64,000 bases of DNA from Hydrurus foetidus (taxonomy: Eukaryota): positions 372,001 to 436,000 of the forward strand of contig UYFQ01000260.1 of assembly GCA_900617105.1 (NCBI GenBank), read 5' to 3'. Numbering within the stretch: the first letter of the stretch is position 1; each line of letters begins with the position of its first letter. Position numbers and translations under genes: made by a program. Positions 31,582 through 42,779 of the stretch are shown here, one piece after another. The notes below the pieces were generated by a model. It made no database searches. It was not told where the DNA came from and saw only the letters and a list, made by a program, of their open reading frames with translations.

Positions 31582-32319
31582 TTAATTGGCTTTGCCGAGG
31601 CGCTCGACGGCGGAGCGCGTCAGTTCGGCGGCGTTGTCCATCATCTTGGCCATGCTCTCGTAGGCGCGCTGCACCTCGATCAGCTTGGTGATCTGGACGA
31701 CGGACTGGACGTTGGAGGATTCCAGCATGCCCTGGTGCACGACGGCGTTGGGCGCCTGCTGGAGGGTGGCGTTGGCGGTATTGCGATAGAGGTTGTCGCC
31801 GTCCTTGCTGAGCGAGGACAGGTCATCGGCGCGAACCACGGCGATTTTGCCGACGCTCAACTGGCCCTGGCTGACGATGCCGTCCTTGCCGATGGTGACG
31901 GCCCCTTGCTTGGGGTCGATGAGGATTTCAGTGCCGCCCTCGTCCAGCACGGGGTTGCCGGTCTGGGTGACCAGCTTGCCTTCGGGGTTGGTCGTGAAGC
32001 GGCCGTCGCGGGTGTAGCGCTCGCCGGCGGCCGTCTGGACCTTGAAGAAGCCCTGGCCTTCGATGGCCACATCAAAGTCGCCGCCGGTTTTGGTCATGGC
32101 GCCTTGGGTGAAATCTCGCGCTACGCCGTCGTCGAGCACGAACTTGACGGGACTGGTCCCGCCCAGCGTCCGGGCTGGTTTGGCGGCCTCCGTCCGGACC
32201 ATCAGGTCTTCGGTCTTGAAGCCCGTCGTGTTGGCGTTGGCGATGTTGTTCGCGACGATGTCCAGCTCGCGGCGGAGCGTCATCTGGCGCGAAAGGCCGA
32301 CATACAGCGCGTTGTCCAT
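31582..32319 (-). CDS. flgF: Flagellar proximal rod protein
   Basis: ANNIANANTTGFK, YTRDGRF, QGMLESSNV; intact 245 aa. Confidence 0.95.
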   Translation of the reverse strand: MDNALYVGLSRQMTLRRELDIVANNIANANTTGFKTEDLMVRTEAAKPARTLGGTSPVKFVLDDGVARDFTQGAMTKTGGDFDVAIEGQGFFKVQTAAGERYTRDGRFTTNPEGKLVTQTGNPVLDEGGTEILIDPKQGAVTIGKDGIVSQGQLSVGKIAVVRADDLSSLSKDGDNLYRNTANATLQQAPNAVVHQGMLESSNVQSVVQITKLIEVQRAYESMAKMMDNAAELTRSAVERLGKAN

Positions 32320-32368
32320 GACGAGTTACCTCGGGCGGCTGGCGCGACAAATGCGCCGCAGTCCTCTC

Positions 32369-32384
32369 AGCAACCTTCGTGCCA
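32369..32384 (-). promoter_or_regulatory. sigma54 promoter of the flgF operon
   Basis: Minus strand TGGCAC-GAAGG-TTGCT, canonical -24/-12. Confidence 0.85.
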
Positions 32385-32437
32385 ACGTCAAAAGGTCAGC
32401 AAAAACAAACAATAGGAAGGTTAACGCGGGGGTGTTG

Positions 32438-32465
32438 GGCGGAGTCTGCCGGGTGGATTCTGCCT
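32438..32465. promoter_or_regulatory. Candidate ftr (FlbD enhancer) sites
   Basis: GGCGGAGTCTGCCG and GGTGGATTCTGCC dyad-like elements upstream of the sigma54 promoter. Confidence 0.4.
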
Positions 32466-32482
32466 GCGACGAATTGGCCTCC

Positions 32483-32500
32483 AAAACACATCGTTAACCA
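32483..32500 (+). promoter_or_regulatory. CtrA-binding site in the class II fliL promoter
   Basis: AAAA-N7-TTAACCA, an imperfect TTAA-N7-TTAA box. Confidence 0.55.
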
Positions 32501-32542
32501 TGGTCGCGCATGAGTACGGGGGTAGATTCCAAGGAACCGCGC

Positions 32543-33156
32543 GTGGCCAAAACCCAAAAGCTCCGCCCCGAAGGCGAGAGGCGCTGTCGAGGGCGAAGCA
32601 CCAGCCAAGAAGAAGCCGCCGATCGTTCTGATCGCGGCCGCTGCTGGCGTGCTCGTACTGGGCGGTGGCGGCGCTGCAGCCTTTTTCCTGATGAAGCCCA
32701 AGCCTCCGGAAGCCCATGGCGAAAAGGGCGCTGAAGAGCACGGCAAGGAAAAAGAAGAAGAAGGAAAAAAAGAAAAAGGAAGGCGAGCACGGCGCCGCCG
32801 CTGGCGCCGAGGGCGCGGCCGGCGTGCCGGTGATCAAGGAAGGGCCCGACGGGATCGTCTTCTACACCCTGCCTGACATCGTGGTGAACATTCAGACCGC
32901 CGACGGCAAGTCGACCTTCCTGAAGCTGAAGCTGACCTTTGAGCTGCCCGACGAGGAAACGGCCGAGGTTCTGACGCCGAATCTGCCCAGGCTGCAGGAC
33001 ATGTTCCAGACCTTCCTGCGCGAGCTGCGTCCGGAAGACCTGAACGGTAGCCAGGGCACCTACCAACTCCGCGTCGAGTTGCTGCGTCGGGTCAATCTCG
33101 TCGCCGCGCCGTCAAAGGTGAACGCCGTCCTGATCGAGGAGATGCTGATCAACTAG
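32543..33156 (+). CDS. fliL: Flagellar basal-body-associated protein FliL; frameshifts including a purine-rich run near 32750
   Basis: KKKPPIVLIAAAAGVLVLGGGGAAAFF TM; FYTLPDIVVNI..FLKLKL..PRLQDMFQTFLRELRPEDL. Confidence 0.92.
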
Positions 33157-33186
33157 CCCCTTCGGGAGCTGGCTGGGCAAACCAAC

Positions 33187-34330
33187 ATGGCGGACGAACT
33201 CGACGATCAGGCCGCGATGGCCCAATGGGCCTCGCAGAACCCTCCGGGCGGGGGCGAGGGCGGCGGGGCTGCGAGCGAATTCGGCGATTTCAGCGGCGGC
33301 ATGGGCGGCGGCGGCTGGGACGACGGCGGCGGCGGCGACATGGCGGGGTCCGAGCGGATCCTGAACCAGGACGAAATCGACAGCCTGCTGGGCTTCGACC
33401 TGTCGGGCGACGGCAACGACGACCGCACCGGCATTCGGGCGATCATCAATTCGGCGCTGGTCAGCTACGAGCGCCTGCCGATGCTCGAAATCGTCTTCGA
33501 CCGCCTGGTGCGGTTGATGACCACCAGCCTGCGCAATTTCACCAGCGACAACGTCGAAGTCAGCCTCGACAACATCAGTTCGATCCGTTTCGGCGACTAT
33601 CTCAACTCGATCCCGCTGCCGGCCATCCTGGCGGTGTTCCGGGCCGAGGAACTGGACAACTACGGCCTGCTGACCGTCGACTCCAACCTGATCTATTCCA
33701 TCGTCGACGTGCTGCTGGGTGGCCGTCGCGGCACGGCGGCCATGCGCATCGAAGGTCGCCCCTACACCACCATCGAGCGGGTGCTGGTGCAGCGGATGAT
33801 CGAGGTGGTCTTGCACGACCTGAAGGCCGCCTTCGAACCGCTGCATCCGGTCTCGTTCTCGCTGGATCGTCTGGAGACCAACCCGCGCTTCGCCGCCATC
33901 GCCCGGCCCGCCAACGCCGCGATCCTGGTCAAGCTGCGCATCGACATGGAAGACCGCGGCGGTCGTATCGAACTGCTGCTGCCCTATGCGACGCTGGAGC
34001 CCATCCGCAAGATGCTGCTGCAGCAGTTCATGGGCGAAGTTCGGCCGCGACAATATCTGGGAAGGCCACTTGGCCACCGAACTCTGGACCACCCAGATGG
34101 AGGTTCGCGCCGTTCTCGACGAGCAGCAGCTGCCGCTTTCCCGCGTGCTGAACCTGCAGGTCGGCGACACCATGATGCTGAACGCTACACCTGACAGTCT
34201 GGTCGAACTGCGCGCCGGCGCGATCCCGCTGACGCGTGGTCGCATGGGGCGTCGCAATCACTCTATTGCCATCCGCGCCGAGGCGCCGCTGTCGCCTGCG
34301 GCCAAGAAAGCGGTTCAAAAGCTGAAATGA
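33187..34330 (+). CDS. fliM: Flagellar motor switch protein FliM; frameshift near 34038
   Basis: ILNQDEIDSLL, ERLPMLEIVFDR, LETNPRFA; SpoA domain in ORF 33986-34330. Confidence 0.95.
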
Positions 34331-34885
34331 GCCTCGTCGCCGTCGCCATGAATGGTTTGCTCGCGGTGCTGCTGATTGTGGCCCTGGGCTTTGGCTGGCG
34401 CCTTGAGCGTCGCCTCAAGGCCCTGCGCGACAGCCATGTCGGCTTCGCCAAGGCTGTGGCCGACCTGGATCAAGCCGCCGCGCGGGCTGAACAGGGCCTG
34501 GCTGATCTGCGCGCCGCCACCGACGAGGCTTCCGAATCCCTGGCCGATCGCATCGAGCGCGCCACAGTGCTCGCCGCCAAGCTCGACGAGCGCCTCAATC
34601 GCCCGATGGTGACCCCGCCTCCCGCCGCCGCCTCGGCCTGTGGCTGTGCGTATGGAGGCCTCCGAGCCGAAGGCGGACCGCCGCCTCAAGGCCGAGGATT
34701 TCGAGCGCCTGCTGGACCGTGAAGCCCAGGCCAGTCGGCCAATCGAATCTTCCGCGCGCGCCAACCTCGAGTCGCGACCCAGTGTCGCCAAGGAAACCCC
34801 GCGTTCACGAGCGCGGGTTGATGATGACCTCTTCGAGGGCCCGGTCGATCCGCCGCGTCCCGGACCCAGTTTCAGAGCCCGGTGA
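34327..34885 (+). CDS. pflI: Bitopic coiled-coil protein, probable flagellar positioning protein PflI (DUF6468-like); frameshift near 34640
   Basis: N-terminal TM, coiled coil, Pro-rich linker; directly downstream of fliM as I recall for C. crescentus pflI. Confidence 0.65.
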
Positions 34886-35685
34886 TGAAGAACATTCCTC
34901 GTATTCTCCCGCTCGTCGGCGTCGCCGTTGGCGGCGTTCAACTGTCAACGCCCTGGCCAGCCAAGTCGCTGCCTGACATGCTCGGTGGCGCCAAGGCCTT
35001 TGCTGAGGGGTGTGGTCAAGCCGGACGCCAGGGCGAACACGGCGAAGAGGCAAAGTCAGCCGAGTCTGCCGGTCATGACGCCGCCGCCTCAGCGGCCTCG
35101 TCGGTTCCGCCCCGCGTTTGCGCGCCTTCGGTGACCGATCTGGCCCGAGAGGCCGGCCTGTCTCCCGCTGAACTGCGCATCCTGCAAAGCCTGGGCGCGC
35201 GTCGCGGCCAGTTGGACCAGCGCGAGCAGGACATTGACGTGCAACTGCAATTGCTGGCTGCCGCCGAAGCCAAGCTGGACGCCAAGGTCAAGGCGCTGAA
35301 CGGCCTCAAGGGCGACATCCAGGGCCTTCTCGGCCAGGCTGACAGCCAGAAGTCGGCCGAGGTCGACCGCATGGTCACCGTGTTCTCGAGCATGAAGCCC
35401 AAGGACGCCGCCGCGCGGATGACGATCCTGGAAGATTCGGTTCGTCTGCCGATCGCCGCCAAGATGAAGGAGCGCACGCTCAGCCTGATCCTGGCGAACA
35501 TGACCCCGGTCGACGCCAAGGCCCTGACGGAGCGTCTGGCCAACCGCTTCGCCAACGACGTCATCAACAAGGGCAAGGCCGCGATTGCCGAGAACGGAGC
35601 GCCTGCGGCCGACGCGAACGCCCAGGGCAAGCAGGCGTCCGCTGCGCCGCTGGCGGGCGCCGCTGCGCCCAAGAAGGCCGGTTAG
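34882..35685 (+). CDS. MotE-family flagellar motor-associated protein
   Basis: LQSLGARRGQLDQRE coiled coil, VFSSMKPKDAA..ILANMTPVDAKALT (MgtE_N-like). Confidence 0.75.
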   Translation: MMKNIPRILPLVGVAVGGVQLSTPWPAKSLPDMLGGAKAFAEGCGQAGRQGEHGEEAKSAESAGHDAAASAASSVPPRVCAPSVTDLAREAGLSPAELRILQSLGARRGQLDQREQDIDVQLQLLAAAEAKLDAKVKALNGLKGDIQGLLGQADSQKSAEVDRMVTVFSSMKPKDAAARMTILEDSVRLPIAAKMKERTLSLILANMTPVDAKALTERLANRFANDVINKGKAAIAENGAPAADANAQGKQASAAPLAGAAAPKKAG

Positions 35686-35692
35686 GCGTTCC

Positions 35693-38559
35693 ATGAGCCT
35701 TCGCGCGATCCTGCGGTCCAGCGTCGCGGCGGTTTGCATCGCCAGCGTGGCGGCGCCGTCGGTCAACGCCGCCGGTCCGGTCGCCGCGTCGCGTGGCGCC
35801 CTCGACGTGCGTGTTGCTCAGGCAGCCCAGTTCAGCCGTCTGGAGTTCCATTGGGCCGGCGGCGCCCGCATGACGTCAAAGCGCGACGGTCAGGTCCTGA
35901 CCCTGCGCTTCAATCGCGACGCCAACCCCGACATGTCGACCCTGCGGCTGAATCCGCCGCGCTGGGTGAAATCCGCCGAGGCCCGTCATACGGGTGGGGC
36001 GCTGGAAATTGTCATCACCCTGGCCGACGACGCCGAGGCCCGCGTGGGCAACGCGGACGGCGCCGACTTCGTCAATATCTTCGCCCGTGCGGGCGCCATG
36101 GCCGACGCGGCTCACCCGCCGGCGCACGTCGCCCCGGTCGGCCGTCCCAACCCCATGCCGCCGGGTGGCGTGGTCAAGGCCGGATACGAAAAGGCCGATG
36201 GCCAGGTGCGGCTGTCCTTCAACTGGGCCGCCCCGTCCGGCGCCGCCGTTTTCCGTCGCGGCGAGGCGGTCTGGGTGGTGTTCGATACCCCCGCCCGCCT
36301 GGACATCTCAAAGATTCCAGGCTCCGGCGCCCACTATTCCAGGATCCAGGTTTTCAAAGGCGCCGACTACAGCGCCCTGCGTATCGTCACGCCGGTCGGC
36401 ACGCCCTACTATGCCGAGGGGCAGGGTGGTCAGTGGTCGATCAGTCTGGGCGCCGGTTCGCAGGCTACGCCCGACGCCATTCGCGTGGCCCGGGATGAGA
36501 CCGTCACACCCGCTACCCTGACTGCGGCCTTGGCCGGCGTCACCAAGGCCGTCTGGGTCAATGATCCCGCCGTTGGCGACCGCCTCCTTGTCGCGCCGGC
36601 CTTGGCGCCGTCCAAGGGCCTGCCGTCGCGCCGTGAATATGTCGAGATGGCGCTGCTGCCCTCCGCCCAGGGTCTGGCTGCGGAAACCTACGCCAGTGAC
36701 CTGATGGTCTCGATCGATGGCGACCTGTTGCGCATCGGTCGGCCCAAGGGGCTGGTGCTCTCGCCGCTTTCGGCCGCCAAGGCCCCGGAAGAGGCCGCCG
36801 CCGGCGCCCCGCAGCCGATGGCCATGCCGGCGCTGATCGATCTCGACAACTGGCCCAAGACCGGGTCGGGCGGGTTCCTGGCGCGCTATAACGCGCTGCA
36901 GGCAATCTCGGCAGCGGGGGAGGGTGAAGACAAGAGCGGCGACATCGGCGCCCGCATGGCTTTGGCGCGGTTCCTGGTCGGCTCCGGGATGTCCTATGAG
37001 GCCATAGGGGTTCTCAACGCCGCGGCCGCAAGCACCAGACCCTGATGGGCGACGCCGAGTTCCGTGGTCTGCGCGGCGTGGCGCGGGTGATGGCCAATCG
37101 TTTGGCCGAAGCCGAAACTGATTTTGCGTCGCCCGTCCTGGCTGACGACGCTTCAAGTGCGCAGTGGCGTGGCTATATCTCCGCCCAGCAGGGGGAGTGG
37201 GTCGACGCGCGCCAGAAATTCGCCACCGGCGGCCGGGCGCTCGACCTTTTTCCCGCGCTCTGGCGCGCGCGCTTCCAGCATGCCCAGGCCAAGGCTGCCC
37301 TCGGGACCGGCGATCTTGTTGGCGCCGCGCGTCTGGTCGCTGACGCTTTGAGCCAGCCCAAGATCCCTGTTGAGGACCAGCTTGATATCCGTCTGACCCA
37401 GGCGCGCATCTTTGAGGCCAAAGGCGAGAAGAGCCGCGCCCTGCGCATGTTCCAGGCCATCGCCAAGGCTCCGATAGATCGCATCGCCGCGCCCGCCATG
37501 CTGCATGCGACCCAGATCCGGCTTGCCAAGGGCCAGATCGACGCTGCGGCCGCAGCCAGCGAGCTCAATCAGCTCCGCTTCCGCTGGCGCGGCGACGGCG
37601 TCGAACTGGAGACCATTCGCGGTCTGGGCAAGCTGTTCATCGACCAGGGCCGCTATCGCGAGGCGCTGGAGGTTCTGCACTCGGCCGGGAACAACCAGCC
37701 CGATCACCCTGAGGCGATCGGGCTGCGCAGGGACCTCAATGGCGCGTTCCGGGCCCTGTTCCTCGACGGCCTGGCCGACGGCATGCAGCCGATCCAGGCC
37801 GTCGGCCTGTTCTATGATTTCCAAGACCTGACCCCGCTGGGCGCTGACGGCGACCAGATGGTGCGCAATCTCGTGCGCCGCCTGGTGGATGTCGACCTGC
37901 TGGATGAAGCCGGAAAGCTGCTGAAATATCAGGTCGACAACCGTCTCGACGGCGTGCCCAAGGCCCAGGTGGCGACGGACCTGGCCTGGATCTATCTGAT
38001 GAACAAGCAGCCCGAGAGCGCGCTGCAGGCCATCAACGAGAGCCGTACCACGATCCTGCCGCCGGCCTTGAACGCCGAGCGCCGCCTGGCCACGGCGCGA
38101 GCCTATATGGGTCTTGGCCGCTACGACGCGGCGCTTGAACTGGTCGAGAACGACAACAGCCGTGACTCCCAGGATATCCGCGCCGAGATCGCCTGGAAGC
38201 AGCGCACCTGGCCAGCCGCCGCCAGCTTGTATGAAAAGTCGCTGGGTGACCGTTGGAAGGGGCCGGGGGCTCTGGCCGCAGGTGAGGAGGCCCGGCTGTT
38301 GCGCGCAGGGGTGGCCTATAGCCTGGCCGACGACGATGTATCACTTGGCCGTCTGCGTCAGCGATATTCCGGCTTTGTCGAGGGTGCGCGCAATCCCGAG
38401 GGGCTGCGTGTCGCCCTGTCGGGCATGAACGTCGAATCGCTGTCGAGCGCTGACTTTGGTCGCGTGACGGCCGACAACGAGGCGTTCGGCGGATGGGTGG
38501 CCAAGATGAAGGACCGCTTCCGGGCGGCCCGCCCTGCCGGATCGCCCGCGCGGGGCTAG
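35693..38559 (+). CDS. Large periplasmic TPR-repeat flagellar-operon protein; frameshift near 37030
   Basis: Signal peptide, beta-rich N-half (FSRLEFHW, AAVFRRGEAVWVVFD), TPR C-half (LRFRWRGDGVEL, RLVDVDLL..LKYQV). Confidence 0.75.
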
Positions 38560-38765
38560 CCCGCAAGGAAATTTCGCCGGATCTCCGAAATCGCCGCTAA
38601 TCCGCAACCCGCGTGCCCAACGCGCTGCTGAGCGCGCGACAATCATCCCGTAAAACGCGATTGGTCTTATGGCGAGCCTCGCGCGTTTGGCCTAGTTAGA
38701 GCGCCGCCCGACTTCCCGGGCGGAACGTCGGTGACAGCGGCTTGCCAAGCTTGAGCAAGCGTGTC

Positions 38766-38781
38766 ATGACAACGTTGTCAT
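38766..38781. promoter_or_regulatory. LacI-family operator upstream of zwf
   Basis: Perfect 16-bp palindrome ATGACAACGTTGTCAT with central CG. Confidence 0.8.
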
Positions 38782-38802
38782 AGGGTGGAAGATCTAGTGA
38801 AT

Positions 38803-40254
38803 ATGACCAACGACGGCGAAAATGGCCGTGATGTTCTGGTGCTGCTTGGCGGCGCCGGGGATCTGGCGCTGCGCATGCTGCTGCCTTCGCTCTATTTCCT
38901 GGAGGTCGACCGCCTTCTGTCGCACGATCTGAGGATCGTCGCCGTCGCGCGCGGCGAGGGAGATGGTGCCAGCTACAAGGCGCTGGTTCGCGAGCAACTG
39001 GGCAAGCGCGCCACCGTCGAGGAAGCCGCCTGGAACCGCCTGGCGGCCCGCCTGGACTACCTTTCCGTCGACATGACCAAGGACGAGGGGGCGGCCAAGC
39101 TGGCCGAGCGCATCGGCGAGCACGGCTCGCTGGTCGTGTATTTCGCCCTGTCGCCCAGCCTCTACGGCCCGGTCTGCAATGCGCTCCAATCCGCAGGCCT
39201 TACGGGTCCGAAGTCCCGTCTGGTCCTCGAAAAGCCTATCGGCCGCGACCTGGAAAGCTCGCGCAAGACCAACGCAGCGGTCGGCGCCGTGGTCGGCGAA
39301 GAGCAGATCTTCCGCATCGACCACTATCTGGGCAAGGAAACGGTCCAGAACCTGACGGCCCTGCGCTTCGCCAACGTGCTGTTCGAGCCCCTGTGGGATC
39401 GCAACACGATCGACCACGTCCAGATCACCATCGCCGAGACTGAAAAGGTCGGTGATCGCTGGCCCTATTATGACGAATACGGCGCGCTGCGGGACATGGT
39501 GCAGAACCATATGCTGCAGCTCCTTTGCCTTGTCGCCATGGAGGCGCCCTCCGGTTTCGATCCGGACGCCGTGCGTGACGAAAAGGTCAAGGTTCTTCGC
39601 AGCCTGCGGCCCTTCAACAAGGACACTGTGGCCCACGACACGGTGCGTGGGCAGTACGTGGCCGGCGTCGTCGAAGGCGGCGCGCGCGAGGGCTATCTGC
39701 AGGAAGTCGGCAAGACCACCCGGACAGAGACCTTCGTGGCGATGAAGGTGGCGATCGACAACTGGCGCTGGGACGGCGTGCCGTTCTTCCTGCGCACCGG
39801 CAAGAACCTGCCCGACCGCGCACCCAGATCGTCGTGCAGTTCAAGGCGCTGCCGCACAACATCTTCGGTCAGGCGACGGATGGGGACCTTTTCCAACCGT
39901 CTGGTCATCGATCTGCAGCCCGACGAGAATATCGTCCTGACCCTGATGAACAAGCGTCCGGGGCTGTCGGAAGAGGGCATGCGTCTGCAATCACTGCCGC
40001 TGTCGCTGTCGTTCAGCCAGAGCGGCGGCCGTCGCCGGATCGCCTACGAAAAGCTGTTCCTCGATGTTTTCCGCGGCGACCGCACCCTGTTCGTGCGTCG
40101 CGACGAGGTCGAACAGGCCTGGAAATTCATCGATGGCGTGTCGGCTGCCTGGGCCGCCGCCAATATCGAGCCCGCACCCTATGCGGCGGGCACCTGGGGA
40201 CCGCACTCCTCAACGGGTCTGATTTCGCCCGGCGGCCGAGCCTGGAAGGCCTGA
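38803..40254 (+). CDS. zwf: Glucose-6-phosphate 1-dehydrogenase; compensating frameshifts about 39820-39890
   Basis: GGAGDLA, EKPIG, RIDHYLGKE, RDMVQNH, RWDGVPFFLRTGK. Confidence 0.95.
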   Translation: MTNDGENGRDVLVLLGGAGDLALRMLLPSLYFLEVDRLLSHDLRIVAVARGEGDGASYKALVREQLGKRATVEEAAWNRLAARLDYLSVDMTKDEGAAKLAERIGEHGSLVVYFALSPSLYGPVCNALQSAGLTGPKSRLVLEKPIGRDLESSRKTNAAVGAVVGEEQIFRIDHYLGKETVQNLTALRFANVLFEPLWDRNTIDHVQITIAETEKVGDRWPYYDEYGALRDMVQNHMLQLLCLVAMEAPSGFDPDAVRDEKVKVLRSLRPFNKDTVAHDTVRGQYVAGVVEGGAREGYLQEVGKTTRTETFVAMKVAIDNWRWDGVPFFLRTGKNLPDRAPRSSCSSRRCRTTSSVRRRMGTFSNRLVIDLQPDENIVLTLMNKRPGLSEEGMRLQSLPLSLSFSQSGGRRRIAYEKLFLDVFRGDRTLFVRRDEVEQAWKFIDGVSAAWAAANIEPAPYAAGTWGPHSSTGLISPGGRAWKA

Positions 40255-40256
40255 TC

Positions 40257-40949
40257 ATGAACCAGCCCCAGATCGAAACCTTCAACACGCGCGAAGACCT
40301 CTACGACGCCGCCGCCTCGGTGCTGGCGTCGACCCTGACCACTGCCGTCGCCAAGCGTGGCCAGGCCGGCTTCGCGGCGACAGGCGGCACCACGCCGGCG
40401 CCTGTTTACGACCGCCTGGCGACCATGATCGCGCCCTGGGAGAAGGTCGTGGTGACGCTCAGCGACGACCGCTTCGTGCCGCCGTCTCACGCGGGTAGCA
40501 ACGAAGGTCTGGTCCGCCGCCATCTGCTGGTCGGCGAAGCGGCCAAGGCCCAGTTCGCGCCGCTCTATTTCGCGGGTGTCAGCCAGGAAGACTCCGCCTT
40601 GAAGGCCGAGGCCGGCGTCGCCGCCGCCATGCCGTTCGGGGCGGTGCTGCTCGGCGTCGGGGCCGATGGCCACTTCGCCTCGCTCTTTCCGGGCTCGCCC
40701 GTGCTGGCTCAGGGGCTGGATCCCGCGTCGGAACGGCTGGTCGTGGCCGCGCCTGCTGGCTCACCCGCGCCCGATATTCCTCGCCTCAGCCTGACCTTTG
40801 CGGCCCTGACCCGCGCCGATCTGATTGTGTTGCTGGTGACCGGCGAGGCCAAGCGCGCCCTGTTGGCCGGGCCCATCGATCCGGCCCTGCCGGTCGCGTC
40901 CATCCTCAAACAGGACCGCGCCAGGGTCCGCATCCTGTGGGCGGAGTAG
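40257..40949 (+). CDS. pgl: 6-phosphogluconolactonase
   Basis: [31 protein letters not shown]. Confidence 0.93.
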   Translation: MNQPQIETFNTREDLYDAAASVLASTLTTAVAKRGQAGFAATGGTTPAPVYDRLATMIAPWEKVVVTLSDDRFVPPSHAGSNEGLVRRHLLVGEAAKAQFAPLYFAGVSQEDSALKAEAGVAAAMPFGAVLLGVGADGHFASLFPGSPVLAQGLDPASERLVVAAPAGSPAPDIPRLSLTFAALTRADLIVLLVTGEAKRALLAGPIDPALPVASILKQDRARVRILWAE

Positions 40950-40954
40950 TCGTC

Positions 40955-42766
40955 ATGAGCCTCAATCCCGTCATCGCCAAGGTCACCGCACGGATCATCG
41001 AGCGCAGCCGCGACAGCCGCGCCGCCTATCTGGCCAATATGGAAGCGGCGATCGCCAACCAGCCGGGTCGGGCCAAGCTTTCCTGCGCCAACTGGGCCCA
41101 TGCGTTCGCCGCCTCGCCGGGCGTCGACAAGGTGCGGGCGCTGGATCCCAACGCGCCCAATATCGGCATTGTCTCGGCCTATAACGACATGCTGTCGGCC
41201 CACCAGCCGCTGGAAGAGTATCCGGCGCTGATCAAGGTCGCCGCGCGTGAGGTCGGGGCTACCGCCCAGTTCGCCGGCGGTGTGCCAGCCATGTGCGATG
41301 GCGTCACCCAGGGCCGCCCGGGCATGGAGCTGTCGCTGTTTTCGCGCGACGTCATCGCCATGGCCACGGCCATCGCCCTGACCCACGACGCCTTCGACAG
41401 CGCGCTGTATCTTGGCGTTTGCGACAAGATCGTGCCGGGCCTGGTGATCGGCGCCCTGACCTTCAGCCATCTGCCGGCGCTGTTCGTGCCGGCCGGCCCC
41501 ATGACCTCGGGCCTGCCCAACAGCGAAAAGGCCCGCATTCGCGCCCTCTATGCCGAGGGCAAGGTCGGCCGGGCCGAACTGCTGGAGGCCGAGAGCGCCA
41601 GCTATCATGGTCCCGGCACCTGCACCTTCTATGGCACGGCCAACACCAACCAGATGCTGATGGAGCTGATGGGCTTCCATCTGCCCGGTTCGGCCTTCGT
41701 GCATCCCAACACGCCGTTGCGCGAGGCCCTGGTCAAGGAAGCCGCGCGCCGCGCCGCAGCTGTCACCAACAAGGGCAATGAGTTCATCCCGGTCGGCCGC
41801 ATGATCGACGAGAAGTCGGTCGTCAACGGCGTGGTTGGCCTGATGGCCACCGGGGGTTCGACCAATCTGGCCTTGCACCTGGTCGCCATGGCCCATGCTG
41901 CTGGCGTGATCCTGACGCTGGAAGACCTGGACGAGATCTCCAAGGCCACGCCGCTGCTGGCGCGGGTCTATCCCAACGGCTCGGCGGACGTGAACCACTT
42001 CCAGGCCGCAGGCGGCATGGCCTTGGTGATCCGCGAACTCCTGAAGGCCGGGCTCGCCCACGAAGACGTCCTGACCATCGCGGGCCCAGGCCTGCGGCGT
42101 TACACCCAGGAGCCGGCCCTCGAAGATGGCCAGCTGGTGTGGCGCGATGGCGCGGCGGAGTCGCTGGACACCGCCATCGTGCGTCCGGTTTCCGACGCCT
42201 TCAGTCCCGAGGGCGGCCTGCGCATGCTGGGCGGCAATATCGGTCGCGGGGTGATGAAGATCTCGGCCGTGAAGCCCGAGCATCACACCATCACCGCGCC
42301 GGCGGCGGTGTTTCAGGAACAGGAAGACTTCATCGCCGCCTTCAAACGCGGTGAACTGGACCGCGACGTCGTGGTGGTGATGCGCTTCCAGGGCCCGGCC
42401 GCCAACGGCATGCCGGAGCTGCACAATCTGTCGCCGTCGATCTCTGTGCTGCTCGACCGCGGTTTCAAGGTGGCGCTCGTCACAGACGGCCGCATGTCGG
42501 GCGCTTCGGGCAAGACCCCAGCGGCGATCCACGTCACGCCGGAAGCCGCCAAGGGCGGTATGCTGGCGTATGTTCAGGACGGCGACGTGATCACGGTCGA
42601 CGCTGCGAATGGCGAACTGAAAGTGCTGGTGGACGAGGCGACCTTGCTCGCTCGGACTCCGGCAAACGTCCCGGCGTCCAAGCCGGGCTTTGGGCGGGAA
42701 TTGTTCGGCTGGATGCGTGCGGGGGTCGGCCCTGCCGACCACGGCGCTTCCGTGCTGTTTGCTTGA
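40955..42766 (+). CDS. edd: Phosphogluconate dehydratase
   Basis: [39 protein letters not shown]. Confidence 0.96.
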   Translation: MSLNPVIAKVTARIIERSRDSRAAYLANMEAAIANQPGRAKLSCANWAHAFAASPGVDKVRALDPNAPNIGIVSAYNDMLSAHQPLEEYPALIKVAAREVGATAQFAGGVPAMCDGVTQGRPGMELSLFSRDVIAMATAIALTHDAFDSALYLGVCDKIVPGLVIGALTFSHLPALFVPAGPMTSGLPNSEKARIRALYAEGKVGRAELLEAESASYHGPGTCTFYGTANTNQMLMELMGFHLPGSAFVHPNTPLREALVKEAARRAAAVTNKGNEFIPVGRMIDEKSVVNGVVGLMATGGSTNLALHLVAMAHAAGVILTLEDLDEISKATPLLARVYPNGSADVNHFQAAGGMALVIRELLKAGLAHEDVLTIAGPGLRRYTQEPALEDGQLVWRDGAAESLDTAIVRPVSDAFSPEGGLRMLGGNIGRGVMKISAVKPEHHTITAPAAVFQEQEDFIAAFKRGELDRDVVVVMRFQGPAANGMPELHNLSPSISVLLDRGFKVALVTDGRMSGASGKTPAAIHVTPEAAKGGMLAYVQDGDVITVDAANGELKVLVDEATLLARTPANVPASKPGFGRELFGWMRAGVGPADHGASVLFA

Positions 42767-42779
42767 GGAAGCAGTCTAG

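Noticed and set aside
32745..32782. A-rich run in fliL as a programmed frameshift or phase-variation tract
   Set aside because: It encodes a Lys/Glu-rich linker and is the kind of sequence where long-read indels occur; no independent support.
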